A DNA stretch of 64,000 nt, taken from Octopus bimaculoides (Eukaryota). Every line of letters begins with the position of its first letter. Positions within the stretch are counted from its first letter, which is position 1. The notes beneath the pieces were generated by a model. That model saw nothing but the letters and a program-made list of their open reading frames with translations. It searched no databases and was not told the origin of the DNA. The stretch covers positions 29,646,902-29,710,901 of the forward strand of contig NC_068991.1 of assembly GCF_001194135.2 (NCBI RefSeq). Reading direction: 5' to 3'. The position numbers were made by a program, and so were the translations under genes. Shown here piece by piece: positions 36,640 through 49,937 of this stretch.

Positions 36640-37934
36640 CATGCATACATCTTTTGGTAAATGGATGGCCGGATGGATGGAAGAAGGGAAGGTGTGTGTG
36701 TGTGGGGGGGTGGGGGGTGCAGTGAGATAATCGAATGAAAGAAACAGAAGACAAAATGGAGAACTAGAGTGTCGTAGAGCGAAACAGAAGATCGTTTAGC
36801 GAGAGGAGCGTTTAGATAGCCGATGGGAACGTAGAGAAACATAAGGATAGAAAGGAAGAAGAAGAAAAGAAAGAAAGGAAAGACGAAAAATGTTTGAAGA
36901 GGGAAAACGGTGTGTCGTCGACTTTGCTATTGTTAAAAACACGTTCGGTGTGTTTGCGTTTTAGCAATGCGAGATGGTGGACTATTAGTAGTTGAATGGC
37001 GGGTGGGGTGGGAAGACCACGGCCACTAACGATAAACAGTCACAACAACAAACAATATTTACAACATTTACAACTGCCGGGAAGGAACATTGGACAAAAC
37101 AACCACAACAATAACAATCCCAACAGCAGTGACAGCAGCAAGAACAACCACCACAAAAAAACAACCAGACAACAACAATCACAACAGCAAAACATAAAGC
37201 ACTTTTGAATACAGATTTTAAACATCTAAACATTGAGCATTCATGAAAAGAACTGTATAGAAATATATTATAGATGATAACACTTATAATGATAATAATC
37301 ATGATGATGATGATGTGGGGGGTTGTTTTAATGATGATGCTGGCTATAATGGGGAGGAAGAGGGTACTGGCTATAATGATGATGATGAAGATGATGATAA
37401 TAATAATGATAGTGGTGGTGCTTGTGCTGTTGGTGATGATGTTGATGATGATGGCCGTCGAGGCGGTTATGGCGTTGGTGGTTCTAACAACGGTGACGAC
37501 GATGATGATAACTCCGATCGAAGTAGAATCTAGATGTCAGGTTGAGCAGTCCTGTTTACTTAGATCTTGTGCTTTACGTCTGCTATTTCAATGTCAACCT
37601 TGTATTGGGTTTCTGCTGAGCTCTTGTTTCACGGCACACTCACACACACACTGTTTCTACAACTACCACTACCAACCCCATGCACATTATTTCCACACAA
37701 CCAGCCTCACCACCCTCACCATTACCACCATTATCGCCTCCAACACCTCTATCACCACCACCACCTCTATCACCACCACCACCACCACATCTAAATACAT
37801 GCATATAGACAAACTCAGAAACATTAAAGCAAAATAAATATCAACACGAAGACTCTCATATACTATGTGTGTGGGTGTGTGGTGTGTATTTATAAGAATA
37901 TATATATACATATATTATATTTGTATACACACAC

Positions 37935-37987
<53 letters not shown>

Positions 37988-37990
<3 letters not shown>

Positions 37991-38903
37991 TGTGCGAGAG
38001 ATAAATTGTCGCCATTTTTTAAATTTTGTGCATGCGTATTGTTTGTTTTTTCATTTTGTCAGTATAGTAGGGTCAGTTGGGCTCCGTCTGTGACAAAAAC
38101 AGCATCATGCTGCAATTCAGTCAGTCCGAAAGTTGGAGACGACATGCTGTGCTGCTTGATAATCGCGTCGGAAGCTCCAGTACGAACATTTCAGAGTGTT
38201 TCGGTGTCAATCTGAGGACAGGGCGGAGGATTCGGAAAGAGTCGGATGGGTCTAATGGTGATTACGAAGGTACAGCAGCTCGGAAAACTCACTCTGATCC
38301 TTCTGATAAGAAAATAACTCCTGAATTTGTTGGTGAGATCCAGGCCATGATTGACAACTATCCCTCCAAGTCAATCAGGTCCATCGCCAGGAGCATGGGA
38401 GTGTCTGAATTTCTTATCAGGCAGGTAGTGCATGAAAACATTTGAGATGAGAAAGGCCCAATTTTTATCCCAAGCGACCAAGAACAAGAGGAAAGTCCGC
38501 GCTGCAAAGCTTTTGAACAAACTCAAGTATCCCTCTCCAACCGAACATGCTTTGGTTTTTCTCAGACGAAGAAAAAATTTGCGAGGATCAGATGGTGAAC
38601 ACACAGAAAAACCGTTGGCTTGCCGTGTCTCCAAAACGTTTACCGAGAATGATAAAATCAAACATCCAATCAACATCATGGTGTTTGGAGTGATCACTAG
38701 TGATGGCGATGTTATGCTTTCATTCATCTTCCCACACGACATCAGACTCAACATACAGGTCTACTTGAAGTGCCTGAACATGCCACACAAATAGGAGAAC
38801 CCAATCATGGCTGTCAGACAATTTCTACGACCACATCACCACTAACATCTGGTCACCCAACCCCCCAGTCTACAACCCCCTTGATTATTATGTATGGGAC
38901 GCA

Positions 38904-38905
<2 letters not shown>
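37988..38905 (+). mobile_element. Tc1/mariner (maT/DD37D-like) element, internally deleted and interrupted
   Basis: TA|CAGTGTGCG end; HTH region PSKSIRSIARSMGVSEFLIRQVV; KHPINIMVFGVITSDG; NIWSPNPPVYNPLDYYVW (WPPxSPDxNPLDY-like). Confidence 0.85.
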
Positions 38906-38954
<49 letters not shown>

Positions 38955-38962
<8 letters not shown>

Positions 38963-39515
38963 CATTGAGTGAGAGAGCAGCGCATGCCATCAAATTAACA
39001 CTGGGGTACAATTAAACAAAGCCCCATCATCCCATCATGACAACCCGCCTGATGAGCGTACACCAGGCACATGCAACACAGCCATATGTGCATGACATGG
39101 TAATTTCATATGAAAATAAACTGCAAATGACCTTGCAGGTGGTGTCCAGTTATAATTTTATTCACGTCGACTCGACCCCATTCCGCTCAAAAGGTCCTTA
39201 ATAAGGGCTGTTTAAGGATTTTGAACGAAACACCAATGTTTCCAAAGGCGAATTAACCAAGCCCCAAAGAATTCCTCTCAACATATGTCTATGATGCACA
39301 CTCACTACTCCTGCTCGTGATCGGAGATGCACATATCGTCAGCCACTAAGGAATATGCTCAACTGTTTAAGGTCAAACAACTGACAAGCAAATCTGTGGT
39401 ATTGGGCAGAATATTTGCTGTAGCCCATCTTTTATATCAAGACAAAGCAATGTACATGATAACACTTTCAATCAGAAGCCATGGAGCCACTGCCTGGTAC
39501 TGCATCCGGGCTGTA
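38955..39515. mobile_element. About 560-bp non-coding insert bounded by (TTA)n and (CAT)/(CCT)n
   Basis: Complex sequence between two trinucleotide tracts, placed right after the maT remnant; no protein motif recognised. Confidence 0.45.
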
Positions 39516-39644
39516 TCATCATTATCATCATCCTAATCCTCCTCCTCCTCCTCCTCCTCCTCCTCATCATCATCATCATCGTTGTCGTCATCATCATCAT
39601 CGTTGTCGTCATCATCATCATCGTTGTCGTCATCATCATCATTC

Positions 39645-39693
<49 letters not shown>
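39515..39693. repeat. (CAT)n/(CCT)n compound microsatellite
   Basis: Directly visible; source of the poly-His, poly-Met and poly-Ser ORFs. Confidence 0.95.
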
Positions 39694-39694
<1 letters not shown>

Positions 39695-40576
39695 TTTATG
39701 CTATCATGATTGTCATTTTCATAATTGTTATAGTGCACTGTTCTGTAAACAAAACAACAGCCACCCCAGGACATTCTATACAACCCACTCCATACTGATA
39801 TTAAGGGGATTCACCAAAAGCTGTGAGTAAACGAAATCTTTTCCAACTAAAGATATCATCAGGTCAAATTTTTATTGCAATGGAAGAATAAAGACACTTC
39901 AGAAATTAAAAACTGAAATTGAAATGTACGTATGTATGCATTATGCACACATCAATATATATATGTGTGTGTGTGTGTGTGCGTGTGTGTGTGTGTGTGT
40001 GTGTTTGTTTGTGTGTGGGGGTGGTTGTTGGATGATTGTGCGTATGTGTTTGTGCATGTATACATATACTTGCAAACACACGAACACGATCACATACATA
40101 TATCTTCTCTGAATAATTATTATTCTTTATCCTGAAGATTATATTTTGTTTATATAATATCATCCTTTCTATCATTCTTTCTATCACCTTCTCGGTAGCT
40201 TTCTATCTTTTCTTTATTTCCTTCTTTTTTCTTCTTTCTATGCCTTCCACAAAACATTCCATAGTTTAATAAAAATGAAATGCTATGAAAAATTCCATAG
40301 TTTGAAGAAAGGAGATAATGGAATAGAGCGGGAACAAGATGCGCTAATCAAAACTGGTAACTCTTGTTTCTGTTGACACAAACAATTTTTTCTGAAATAT
40401 TTGGTTTTAAATGCTAAAATAAATATCGAGTCTCCAAATTATTATTGATTCCTGCTTGTCTGCCATCTTCATGTCTGCCATCTCCATGTCTGCTACTCTC
40501 GGAGTATATAAATTTTATAAATTCGTGAAAGCTATCAAAATATTGATATACAAACGCGGAATTCTAGTAGAATCAC

Positions 40577-40756
40577 CTTCTTCTTCTTCTTCTTCTTCTT
40601 CTTCTTCTTCTTCTTCTTCTTCTTCTTCTTCTTCTTCTTCTTCTTCTTCTTCTTCTTCTTCTTCTTCTTCTTCTTCTTCTTCTTCTTCTTCTTCTTCTTC
40701 TTCTTCTTCTTCTTCTTCTTCTTCTTCTTCGTCATCATCACCATCATCATCATCTT
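40577..40756. repeat. (TTC)n long microsatellite
   Basis: About 50 near-perfect units followed by (TCA)n. Confidence 0.97.
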
Positions 40757-41224
40757 CTTTTCCTGCTCCTCCTGTCGTTTGAAACAATTACTCTGAATAA
40801 CGGCTGCCCTCAAATTTGTCGTTTTCGAACAAGATTACAGATGTTGAGTCGCTTCAGTACAGGACGGAATCCCCTCTGTGGTAAAGCTAATTCGGCACTT
40901 ACTCATCGAAAGCATTTTGAGTCCTATTCTTGGTCCACCGAGTGAGTCCTCTCTTATTGTGTGGATTTTAGGGAATGCTTTATTGCTAAAGAAGACAGAG
41001 TTCTTACGTCGGTTATATGATAAGGTAGTGGTATAGGGACGAGAGAGAAATCGTAGTGATATTGGGCAACAGAGATATCTAATAGTCGACACCATACTGG
41101 CGGTGACAGACCACGGATTGTTCAGGACAAGTTAGTAGGTTTTGCAATCGGCACCAGAACATCAGGAAAGTATCGCAACCACTTTAGAGAATTTACAGAA
41201 TAATATCAGCGGCAGTAGTAGTAA

Positions 41225-41276
<52 letters not shown>

Positions 41277-41391
41277 TATGGAGATTAATACAAGCTTTAA
41301 TGTGTGATAATGTAATGTCACAGACATTTTCCCTATTTTATTGTATTGTCGATAACTGACCAGATTTTGACTTCATTGATTTTAACTCTCA

Positions 41392-41592
41392 TGAAAGCAG
41401 CGACCTGGCATGCCAGATAAAACGCTTAGCGCTATTTCGTTCGACTTTACGTTCCGGGTTCAAATTCTGCTGAGGTCGACTTTGCTTTTCAACCTTTCGT
41501 GGTCGATAAAATAAATACTAGTTGAACATTGGTGTCGATGTAATTAACTTCCATCTACCTTTTCCTAAATTCCAGGATTTGTATCTATAATA
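41392..41592 (+). mobile_element. SINE family B
   Basis: cgttagcgctatttcg...gggttcaaattctgctgaggtcgactttgcttttcaacctttcgtggtcgataaaataa. Confidence 0.8.
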
Positions 41593-41864
41593 GAAACGAT
41601 TTTGCATGTTATTTTCTTGACGTTTTTATCTCCCTTAATATTCATTTCTCAGACATTATTGAAAACAATTTTGAATTATTATAAAATAAAAACACATACA
41701 TTGTCGTAAAGACACAGATATTCACAAACACACGAACACACGTATGCATACACTCAAGCTTGTGTCCTTTAATACTCATTTCTGGAGAGCATGTTGTAAT
41801 ATAAGATTCTCTCACACTTCTAGAGTCAGAAGAAAGAAAATAATGATATTTCCATCTCCTTTGT

Positions 41865-41896
41865 TGTTGCTGTCGTCGTCGTCGTCATCGTCGTCG

Positions 41897-41934
<38 letters not shown>

Positions 41935-42005
41935 CTTCTTCTTCTTCTTCTTCTTCTTCTTCTTCTTCTTCTTCTTCTTCTTCTTCTTCTTCTTCTTCTT
42001 CTTCC
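41865..42005. repeat. (GTC)/(GTT)n then (TTC)n compound microsatellite
   Basis: Directly visible. Confidence 0.95.
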
Positions 42006-42357
42006 TGTATACCTATCAAATTTCTCTCTTGTTCTATCGATAAAGCAGTGATAGAAATTGAAAGCTGGAATAAGTAAGCATAATACAAAGAAACAACAAC
42101 AACAACAATAACACAATACCCGAACGAAGAATAATAATAAGAAAGAAATAACATGAGTTTTTGACGTCGACAAATGTGAAGAGAGGCGATTGTAAGTGAG
42201 TAGCTTGAGAAGGATGAAGATACAATATGGCGGCTGTGTTTGACTAAGTTTTATTCGTTTGGTCATGTGTCATAAGTATATGCTGTTGAGTGTATGTTCG
42301 TAGGTAACTATAAGTTGGCACGTGCATCATTTTGCGTGTGCATGTGGATTTTCGAGC

Positions 42358-42400
<43 letters not shown>

Positions 42401-42439
42401 NNNNNNNNNNNNNNNNNNNNNNNNNNNNNAAAAAAAAAA

Positions 42440-43440
42440 AAAAAAAAAAAAGAAACGAAGACAGGTGTGTAAACAGCAAACAGATGTAGTAGTTTAACGT
42501 TCGGGAAGTGAGAAAGTCTTTTACGTTTCGAGCCTACGCTCTTCCACAGAAAGAAACACAGTGAGAAGCAGCGAGAGAAAATAAAAAAAGGTTTAGTGGC
42601 TACCGATCTATCATGGTGAATGCCGGACAGAGGGGTAACACAGGAGAGCTAGGAAGAAGGGGAAATAATAAAGTAGTTGTGATCCCAAGACGAAGGTGCG
42701 CGTGCGTGTGTATGTGAGAGCGTGTAAGTACGTGTGGATGGGGTCTGGTGACCTTGACGTGTGTGTGTTTGCATGTGTAGTTGCGTGGTTGATGGTGTGG
42801 GTGTTGGGCAGTGGTCAGTGCTAGTGTGTCCGCTGGAGTGGGTGCTGGGAAGTGGTCAATGCTAGTGTGTGGAGTGGTGTGATGTGGTGTGGTGTGGTAT
42901 GGTGTTGTGGTGTGTGGTGTGGTGGTGTTGGGGTGTGGGGGGCGAGAGTGAGGGAAGCAAGGGTGGGGTGCGGGTTGGGGAGAGTGGAGGTCGGGATGGG
43001 GTATATGGGAGTGCGGTGTAAGGGATGGTGTGGGCTGGGATGTATATGGATGGTGGTGTTGGAATGTGTAGGGTTGAGATAACGAGAGAGGGGTGACGAT
43101 GAAGAGAGAGGGTGGAAAGGAGAAGATGGGTAGGGGTGAAGAGAGGAAGTAGGTCTCAGAACAAGAGAGGAGAGGTGGGTGGGAGGAAGTAGGTGTGAGA
43201 GGAAGAGAGGAGAGAGGAGAAGGGTTAGACGAAGAGGGGAGGAGAGTTGAGCCCATGTGGTGCAAGGGAGAGAAGAAAGAAGATTAATCCCTGTTCACAG
43301 CGAAGACGGAAGTCCGGATGGCCCCTGTGCAAGGACAATCCAAACACAGATAGGTGTTGTAAAGGATGACCGGTAGAGCGGAAATGGCGCGAGACCGGGG
43401 TGTCGTTGCCGAGTCTGATGTCTCGAAGGTGTTCCGCGAA
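42440..43440 (-). mobile_element. Penelope-like element 3' part: GIY-YIG C-terminus, long C/T/A-rich 3' region, HHR-like motif, tail (family P1)
   Basis: RFAEHLRDIRLGNDTPVSRHFRSTGHPLQHLSV..EQGLIF..LAPHGLN (PLE GIY-YIG C-terminal pattern) at 43250-43440, followed downstream on the minus strand by the P1 HHR. Confidence 0.75.
42517..42554 (-). ncRNA. Minimal hammerhead-like motif with variant core CUGUGGA
   Basis: TCTTT-CTGTGGA-A-GAGC-gtag-GCTC-GAAA-CG-T-A-AAAGA; GUA triplet. Confidence 0.55.
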
Positions 43441-43603
43441 CCGGTATGTATGTACGTACATACAAACATACAAAAATACATACATACATACATACATTAT
43501 ATCTACATACATTATACATACAAACATACACTATATATACTATAGTCAAACGTCAAAGCATATTTCGCTGCACAGTCTTCTTATATCTAATCAAATCTAT
43601 CTG

Positions 43604-43643
<40 letters not shown>

Positions 43644-44109
43644 TACTTCACTACCTCTGTCTGTTTGTCTGTCTGTCTGTTTGTCCGTCTGTCTGTCTGT
43701 TTGTCTGTCTGTTTGTCTGTCTGTTTGTCTGTCTGTCTGTCTATCTCTCTCTCTCTCTCTTTCTCTCCCCCTCTCTCTCTTTCTCTCCCCCCTCTCTCTC
43801 TCTCTCTCTCTCTATCTATTTATCTATCTATCTATCTTTCAGTCTCTGTCTTTCTGTATAAATATATGTATGATTGTATGCATGTACGTATATATTTATG
43901 TGAATATTTAAACATTATAGTGTTACCGAAAACTGTGCCATCAGTTTACTGCGTTTTATATCCCAAGAATAAATATGGAGGAAGACGTTGTGAAGCAGAA
44001 GTGTAGAAATTTTCGTTTGAGAGGAAGAAAGAAACATCTTAAAAGGAGGTTTAAATGTGTCACGAGATATGAGCATCAGTTCAAGTAGACATATGCTCCA
44101 GTAGATGTT

Positions 44110-44175
44110 GGTAGGGCGATAGAGTCACAGTAGGTAGGGCGATAGAGTCACAGTAGGTAGGGCGATAGAGTCACA
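44110..44175 (+). repeat. 23-bp tandem triplication (ggtagggcgatagagtcacagta)
   Basis: Directly visible; the last unit supplies the left TSD of the following SINE. Confidence 0.95.
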
Positions 44176-44408
44176 AGGTGGTGAACTGGCAGAAACGTTA
44201 GCATGCTGAGCGAAGTGCTTAGCGGTATTTCATCTGCCGTTACGTTCTGAGTTCAAATTCCGCCGAGGTCGACTTTGCCTTTCATCCTTTCGGGGTCGAT
44301 AAATTAAGTACCAGTTACGCACTGGGGTCGATGTAATCGGCTTAATCCCTTTGTCTGTCCTTGTTTGTCCCCTCTATATTTATCCCCCTGTGGGCAATAA
44401 GGAAATAA
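44176..44408 (+). mobile_element. Full-length SINE family B with 12-bp TSD
   Basis: gatagagtcaca at 44164-44175 and 44409-44420; A/B-box-like head; A-rich end. Confidence 0.95.
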
Positions 44409-44518
44409 GATAGAGTCACAGCATCGCACAACATTTGTAGCCGCCTATGATGTGAGTGATTTTGCGCTCTCATTTCCATTCACGCTGAGATCAAATTTGA
44501 CTATATATACATACATAC

Positions 44519-44581
<63 letters not shown>

Positions 44582-45147
44582 CATATATATACATATATAT
44601 ATATATGTAGGTAGGTAGGTATGTAGATAAAGTTATAATTGCTAAGTTTAGCTTTCTATATATGCATAAACACACACACACACACACACACATATACAGA
44701 GAGAAAGAGAGAGGATTGACACAGATAAAGTTATAATTCTTAATTATAAATATAAATATGTGTGTGTGCGTGTGTGTGTTTGTATGTGTTTGTATGTGTG
44801 CGTGTGCGCGCGCGCGTAATGAGAAAGTTCTCAAAATATCTGCATATAAACAACTTGTCGGATATATAAATTATGTGAGGAAGTTGAGAAGTAAGAGATG
44901 AAAAAGACGGGTTTTCTTGCACAATTAACCACTAATGAACGTTATAATATTTATGCAGTTAATGTTTCGTCTTTGTCCCGATAGATATAAAAACTCTCAT
45001 TGGTAGACGTATAGATTGATAAACGAATGCATGGTGCATACGAATGCATGGTGCATACATACATAAACGAATGCATGGTGCATACATACATACATATGCA
45101 TACGCACGCAACCATCTATCCACAAATGCACACTCACACGCACACAT

Positions 45148-45229
<82 letters not shown>

Positions 45230-45240
45230 ATGAGTGTCTA

Positions 45241-45307
<67 letters not shown>

Positions 45308-45854
45308 ATATGTATGTAATACGTATGTGTGTGTATGTGTATCCACATATAGTTATGCCCTTCGCTGAGAATAACATGAAATAAACAAATGCACTTACCT
45401 CTGTGATGCATACATATAAATGCACATATGCCTGTGATTGTGACTTAGTTGGATAGTATAAGAGTGTTTGCTTAGAGTGTCGTGGGTAGTCGCGTGCATT
45501 TAAGTTAAACACACGGTGAATCATTTATAGATGTACGGTGGTCTGTTTACGTAATAACAATAGCTCTGAATGTACACACATACGAATAGTTTATATAAGT
45601 ATGTATGTATGTATGTATGTATGTATTTTCACGTGCGCGTGGGAGTATGCTTTAAGTGTCGACTATAAAGCCATTATGATCAATAAACTGCTCTTGAAAC
45701 CCATTTAGAACGAAGAATAATTCCAAATTTCGGTGGTTGAAGAAGTAAGGAAAAAAAAAAAAAGGAGCTGAATTAGGTCAACTACTTTAAACATAGAACC
45801 CAGAGCAAAAATATAATGGAAACTACAAATAATGATAATAATAATAATAATGAT

Positions 45855-46068
45855 AGTTTCAAATTTTGCCACCTTGCAGCATTTTGAGGATGGGGTTAAG
45901 TCGATTACATCAACCCCATTGTTCATCTGGTACTTATTTCATCGACCCCCAAAGGATGAAAGGCAAAGGGGACTTCGACGGAGTTTGAACTCAGAATGTA
46001 GCGGCAGATGATATACCGCTAAGCATTTCGCTCGGTGTGCTATCGATTCTGTCAGCTCATCGCCTTAA
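45855..46068 (-). mobile_element. SINE family B
   Basis: ctggtacttatttcatcgacccccaaaggatgaaaggcaaag..gacttcgacggagtttgaactcagaa...cagctcatcgcc; adjoins (AAT)n. Confidence 0.85.
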
Positions 46069-46079
46069 TAATAATAATG

Positions 46080-46149
<70 letters not shown>

Positions 46150-46727
46150 TGATGATGATGATAATAATAAATTATGAGTAAAATCTGTAATAAAATGGAA
46201 CACAAAACTTAACTAAATAGCTGTCATTACTAACACAGGCAATAAATCCCATATGAAGATGAGACGAAATATATCTAGAAGTTTTAAATTCAATTCAGAC
46301 AGTCAAATGTATCTTTACAAAGCACTTCAAGTCGCGTATTAATGCTTTTAGGAAAGACTGCATAAATGCAAAAAAAAACAAAAAAAAACAAACAAAAAAA
46401 CAAAAAAGAAAACAAAGAAAAAACAGCAAAGAAACAAACAAAGGGTTTCAGGAAGAAACAGCAAAGTAGATTATAAGATAAACATCAGTCAAACAAACCA
46501 TAGCTGAAAGGAAGTATACTTTCAGCAACAAACGAAAAATTTGTTCGGAAGATAAAATACAATACGTGTTATTTTGATAATCTATACGTTTTTCTCGGTG
46601 ATTCTATAGCCTATACACCTGTACAGTTACACAGTTAATTACTGCAGAATCGAAACCTTTCTCTTGCCATATATAATCGATCTTTTGTTGATTGTTTTTC
46701 ACAAGTGCAAAGCTATTAGTCAGATGT

Positions 46728-47870
46728 CAAATTGGTGCCAATATCATTGCGGTTTTTAATTACCAGTTTTTAAGCAATATATCTCAGCTGAGAGTAAATT
46801 TCATTAGACGAACTAATAACCATTAGAAGCTATATATTTTCGTCAAGAAGGAATAAGTGTATTCCAGTCGTATAAGAGTATGCTGTCCAAGAAGCGATGA
46901 ATTCTTCCAAGTCGTGAGCTGCGACTGTTTGGCTGTCGCAAAATCGTTTTGGTGGAAAATTATCGAGATGCTTCGAAGATAATCGGTCGGAGAACGATCT
47001 GAGATGTAAGATGGCTGAGATGGTTGAGATTAAATTCAGCAGGCCAGTTTACTGAATGTCTACAGTAATTTATAGCACAATGCCTTTAGATGTTGCATTA
47101 AGACAATCTAGTCCTTTTCCATCCGTTCTTGCAGTTCTAAGTGTATTTTGTTGATTCCCTAACTATACCTTGTTTTTATGATTGTTTCACCAGAATTCAA
47201 GGGAAAGGAGTGTGAGATTCTAAAGCAGTGACGACTAATTTCTGAAGAAGCTCCAGTTTAGTATTTTGGAGTTTAGTATTTTGGAGTTTAGTATTTGGAG
47301 TTTAGTATTTGGAGTTTAGTATTTGGAGTTTAGTATTTTGGAGTTTAGTATTTGGAGTTTAGAATTTTGGAGCTTCAAGTTGATCTACAAATTATGCGGA
47401 ACATCATTGTCTGTTATATAGAATGCATCTTTCGTCCTATATTACAATGCTATCCAGAAATGATAAATTTTGTCATGCAAAACGAAAACAGAACAGATTT
47501 TCTAATGGTGATATATTCACTTTTGTTCATATATGCCTCCATTTGTCGAGGATTTCTGGCTTTCTTGTATAAAACAAATGCCTAGTAACTCTTGAATGGT
47601 CTACGTTCAGCTCTTCTACAACCACTCGAGATGTTTCGTAGGCTTACCAAACAAAAAACAGATGCACTTGGTTTCAATCACAGATTGCCGCTCGCAAACA
47701 TCTTTAAGATTCTCATCACCAATGTGAAAATTTTCGAACCAAAATTGAGTTGTGTGCGTGTTAACGATTTACTGGCCAAATTTTTGGTTGACATGGCGAT
47801 CAGTTTTTCACTGGTTTAGCTCCACTTTCATCTTATACAATAAAATAACTCACGCTTCTTTTATCCCATT
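46728..47870 (-). mobile_element. Decayed mariner (DD34D-like) element
   Basis: End ttggtgccaatatcattgcggttttt resembles the mariner TIR TTGGTGCAAAAGTAATTGCGGTT; minus strand QFWFENFHIGDENLKD, EELNVDHS, EAPK and KHLDNF..EEFIAS..YTTGI. Confidence 0.7.
47256..47370. repeat. 14/15-bp tandem repeat (tttagtattt(t)ggag), about 8 copies, inside the mariner
   Basis: Directly visible. Confidence 0.95.
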
Positions 47871-48049
47871 TTATTTCTTTCTTTTTTTTTGTTCACCCTT
47901 TTGACATTCTAAAATAAACACTAATAAACAGTAAGATTCAAACCAAACCTGTGCTTCAAAATTTCATATTACACGAATATGGCAAGATATAAACCTATTC
48001 TAATGATACAAACCTATTCTAACAAACACCAGAATAATTTTTGCGAATT

Positions 48050-48470
48050 ATAGGTGCAAGAGTGGATGTGTGGTAAGTAGCTTGCTTAGCAACCACATGC
48101 GTCCGGGTTCAATCCCACTGTGTGGCATCTTAGGCAAGTGTCTTCTACTATAGTCTCGGGCCGACCAAAGCCTTGTGAGTGGATTTGGTAGACGGAAACT
48201 GAAAGAAACCCGTCATATATATGTATGTATATATGTGTGTGTGTGTGTGCGTGTTTGTGTGTCTGTGTTTGTGCCCCTAGCATCGCTTGACAACCGATGC
48301 TAGTGTGTTTACGTCCCCGTAACCTAGCGGTTCGGCAAAAGCCACCGAAAGAATAAGTACTAGGCTTACAAAGAATAAGTCCTGGGGTCGATTTGTTCGA
48401 CTAAAGGCGGTGCTCCAGCATGGCCACAGTCAAATGACTGAAACATGTAAAAGAGTAAAAGATAGTAAAA
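48050..48470 (+). mobile_element. Full-length SINE family A
   Basis: Head, CORE-like segment, internal (TA)/(TG)n, 3' half and (gtaaaaga)n tail all present. Confidence 0.95.
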
Positions 48471-48747
48471 ATAGAAAAACTGAATTTGTCCGGTAATCGA
48501 AACCTGATCGCCAAACCCGCCTGCTAGCCGCTTATTTCTAATTTCCGTGGCTGACGTTTACTTTAGACAATCTACAAAAGTATACGTTGATAACGACAAA
48601 CTTGAAAATGCGAATGATGATTGGTTGAATTGCATTTCAATTGCACTTCAACCAAAATTGCATTTTGCTCAATTGTAAAACATGATTGGTAACCTTATGC
48701 AGTAATCAGCTAGTCTACAACACACACAAACACACACACATACACAC

Positions 48748-48817
<70 letters not shown>

Positions 48818-49048
48818 ACACGCTTACAAGCAGATAATGATGCACATCGTATTGATGTACGCATGTATATTCTGAACCATTGTCGTATAGTTTGCTACTG
48901 AAAGGGAGTTGCAAATGAAATAATTTATTGACTCTGTATAAGTGTGTGTATGTGTTTGTATTTGTGTGTTTGCTATACACTATGTTGAATAATATACACA
49001 GTTCAGTAGCTATACAATATATCACAGGCAGTTGTATGCGTAATGTAA

Positions 49049-49082
<34 letters not shown>

Positions 49083-49414
49083 TTGAGCATGTATGTACAT
49101 ATGTATGTATGTATGTATGTATATGTGTATGTATGTGTGTATGCACATTTACATACTTTGGTGACCATACAATATATTACATATAGATAAGCCATTTACA
49201 CACACAGACACACATATGTATGTATATGCATATATATATAAGTGTGTGTGTATGTGTGTATGTGTGTGTGTGTGTGTGTGTGTGTAAGTGCGTGTTTCAT
49301 TGTGTTTGTACGCATTTTTTCGCATATGTATGGGCGTTTGAATATGTGTGTATGATTGCGTATGTGCTTGACTCTGTGTGTGTGTGTGTGTGTATGTGTG
49401 TATGTATATATATA

Positions 49415-49625
49415 TCTTTTATTCTTTACCTTTTACTTGTTTCAGTCATTAGACTGTGGTCATGCTGCGGTACCTACTTGAAGAATTTATAGTTGAATGT
49501 ATCGACTTCAGCACATTTTTTAAAGACTGGTACTTATTCTATCAATACCTTTTGGCAAACCGCTAGGTTTCAGAGACACAACCACACTAACACCAGTTGC
49601 CAAATGATGGAAGGGGGACAAACAT
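49415..49625 (-). mobile_element. SINE family A, 3' half
   Basis: tttacttgtttcagtcattagactgtggtcatgctg...ctggtacttattctatc...ccgctagg. Confidence 0.75.
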
Positions 49626-49654
49626 AGACACGCAAAGACATAGATATATACACA

Positions 49655-49826
49655 TAGGCGCAGAAGTGGATGTGTGGTAAGTAGCTTGCTTACGAACCAC
49701 ATGGTCCCAGGTTCCGTCCCACTGCGTGGCACCTTGGGCAAGTGTCTTCTACTATAGCCTCGGGCCGACCAAAGCCATGTGAGAGGATTTGGTAGACGGA
49801 AACTGCAAGAAGCTCGTCATATATGC

Positions 49827-49874
<48 letters not shown>

Positions 49875-49937
49875 TCATGTTTGTTTGTCTGTGTGTGTCC
49901 CCCAACATCGCTTGACAACCGATGCTGGTCTGTTTAT
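49655..49937 (+). mobile_element. SINE family A, truncated by a gap
   Basis: ggcgcagaagtggatgtgtggtaagtagcttgc...ggcaccttgggcaagtgtcttctactatagcctcgggccgacc...cgcttgacaaccgatgctgg. Confidence 0.9.

Noticed and set aside
37274-37837. Met/Val-rich and Asp/Gly-rich ORFs
   Set aside because: Derived from (GAT)/(GGT)/(CAC)n tracts.
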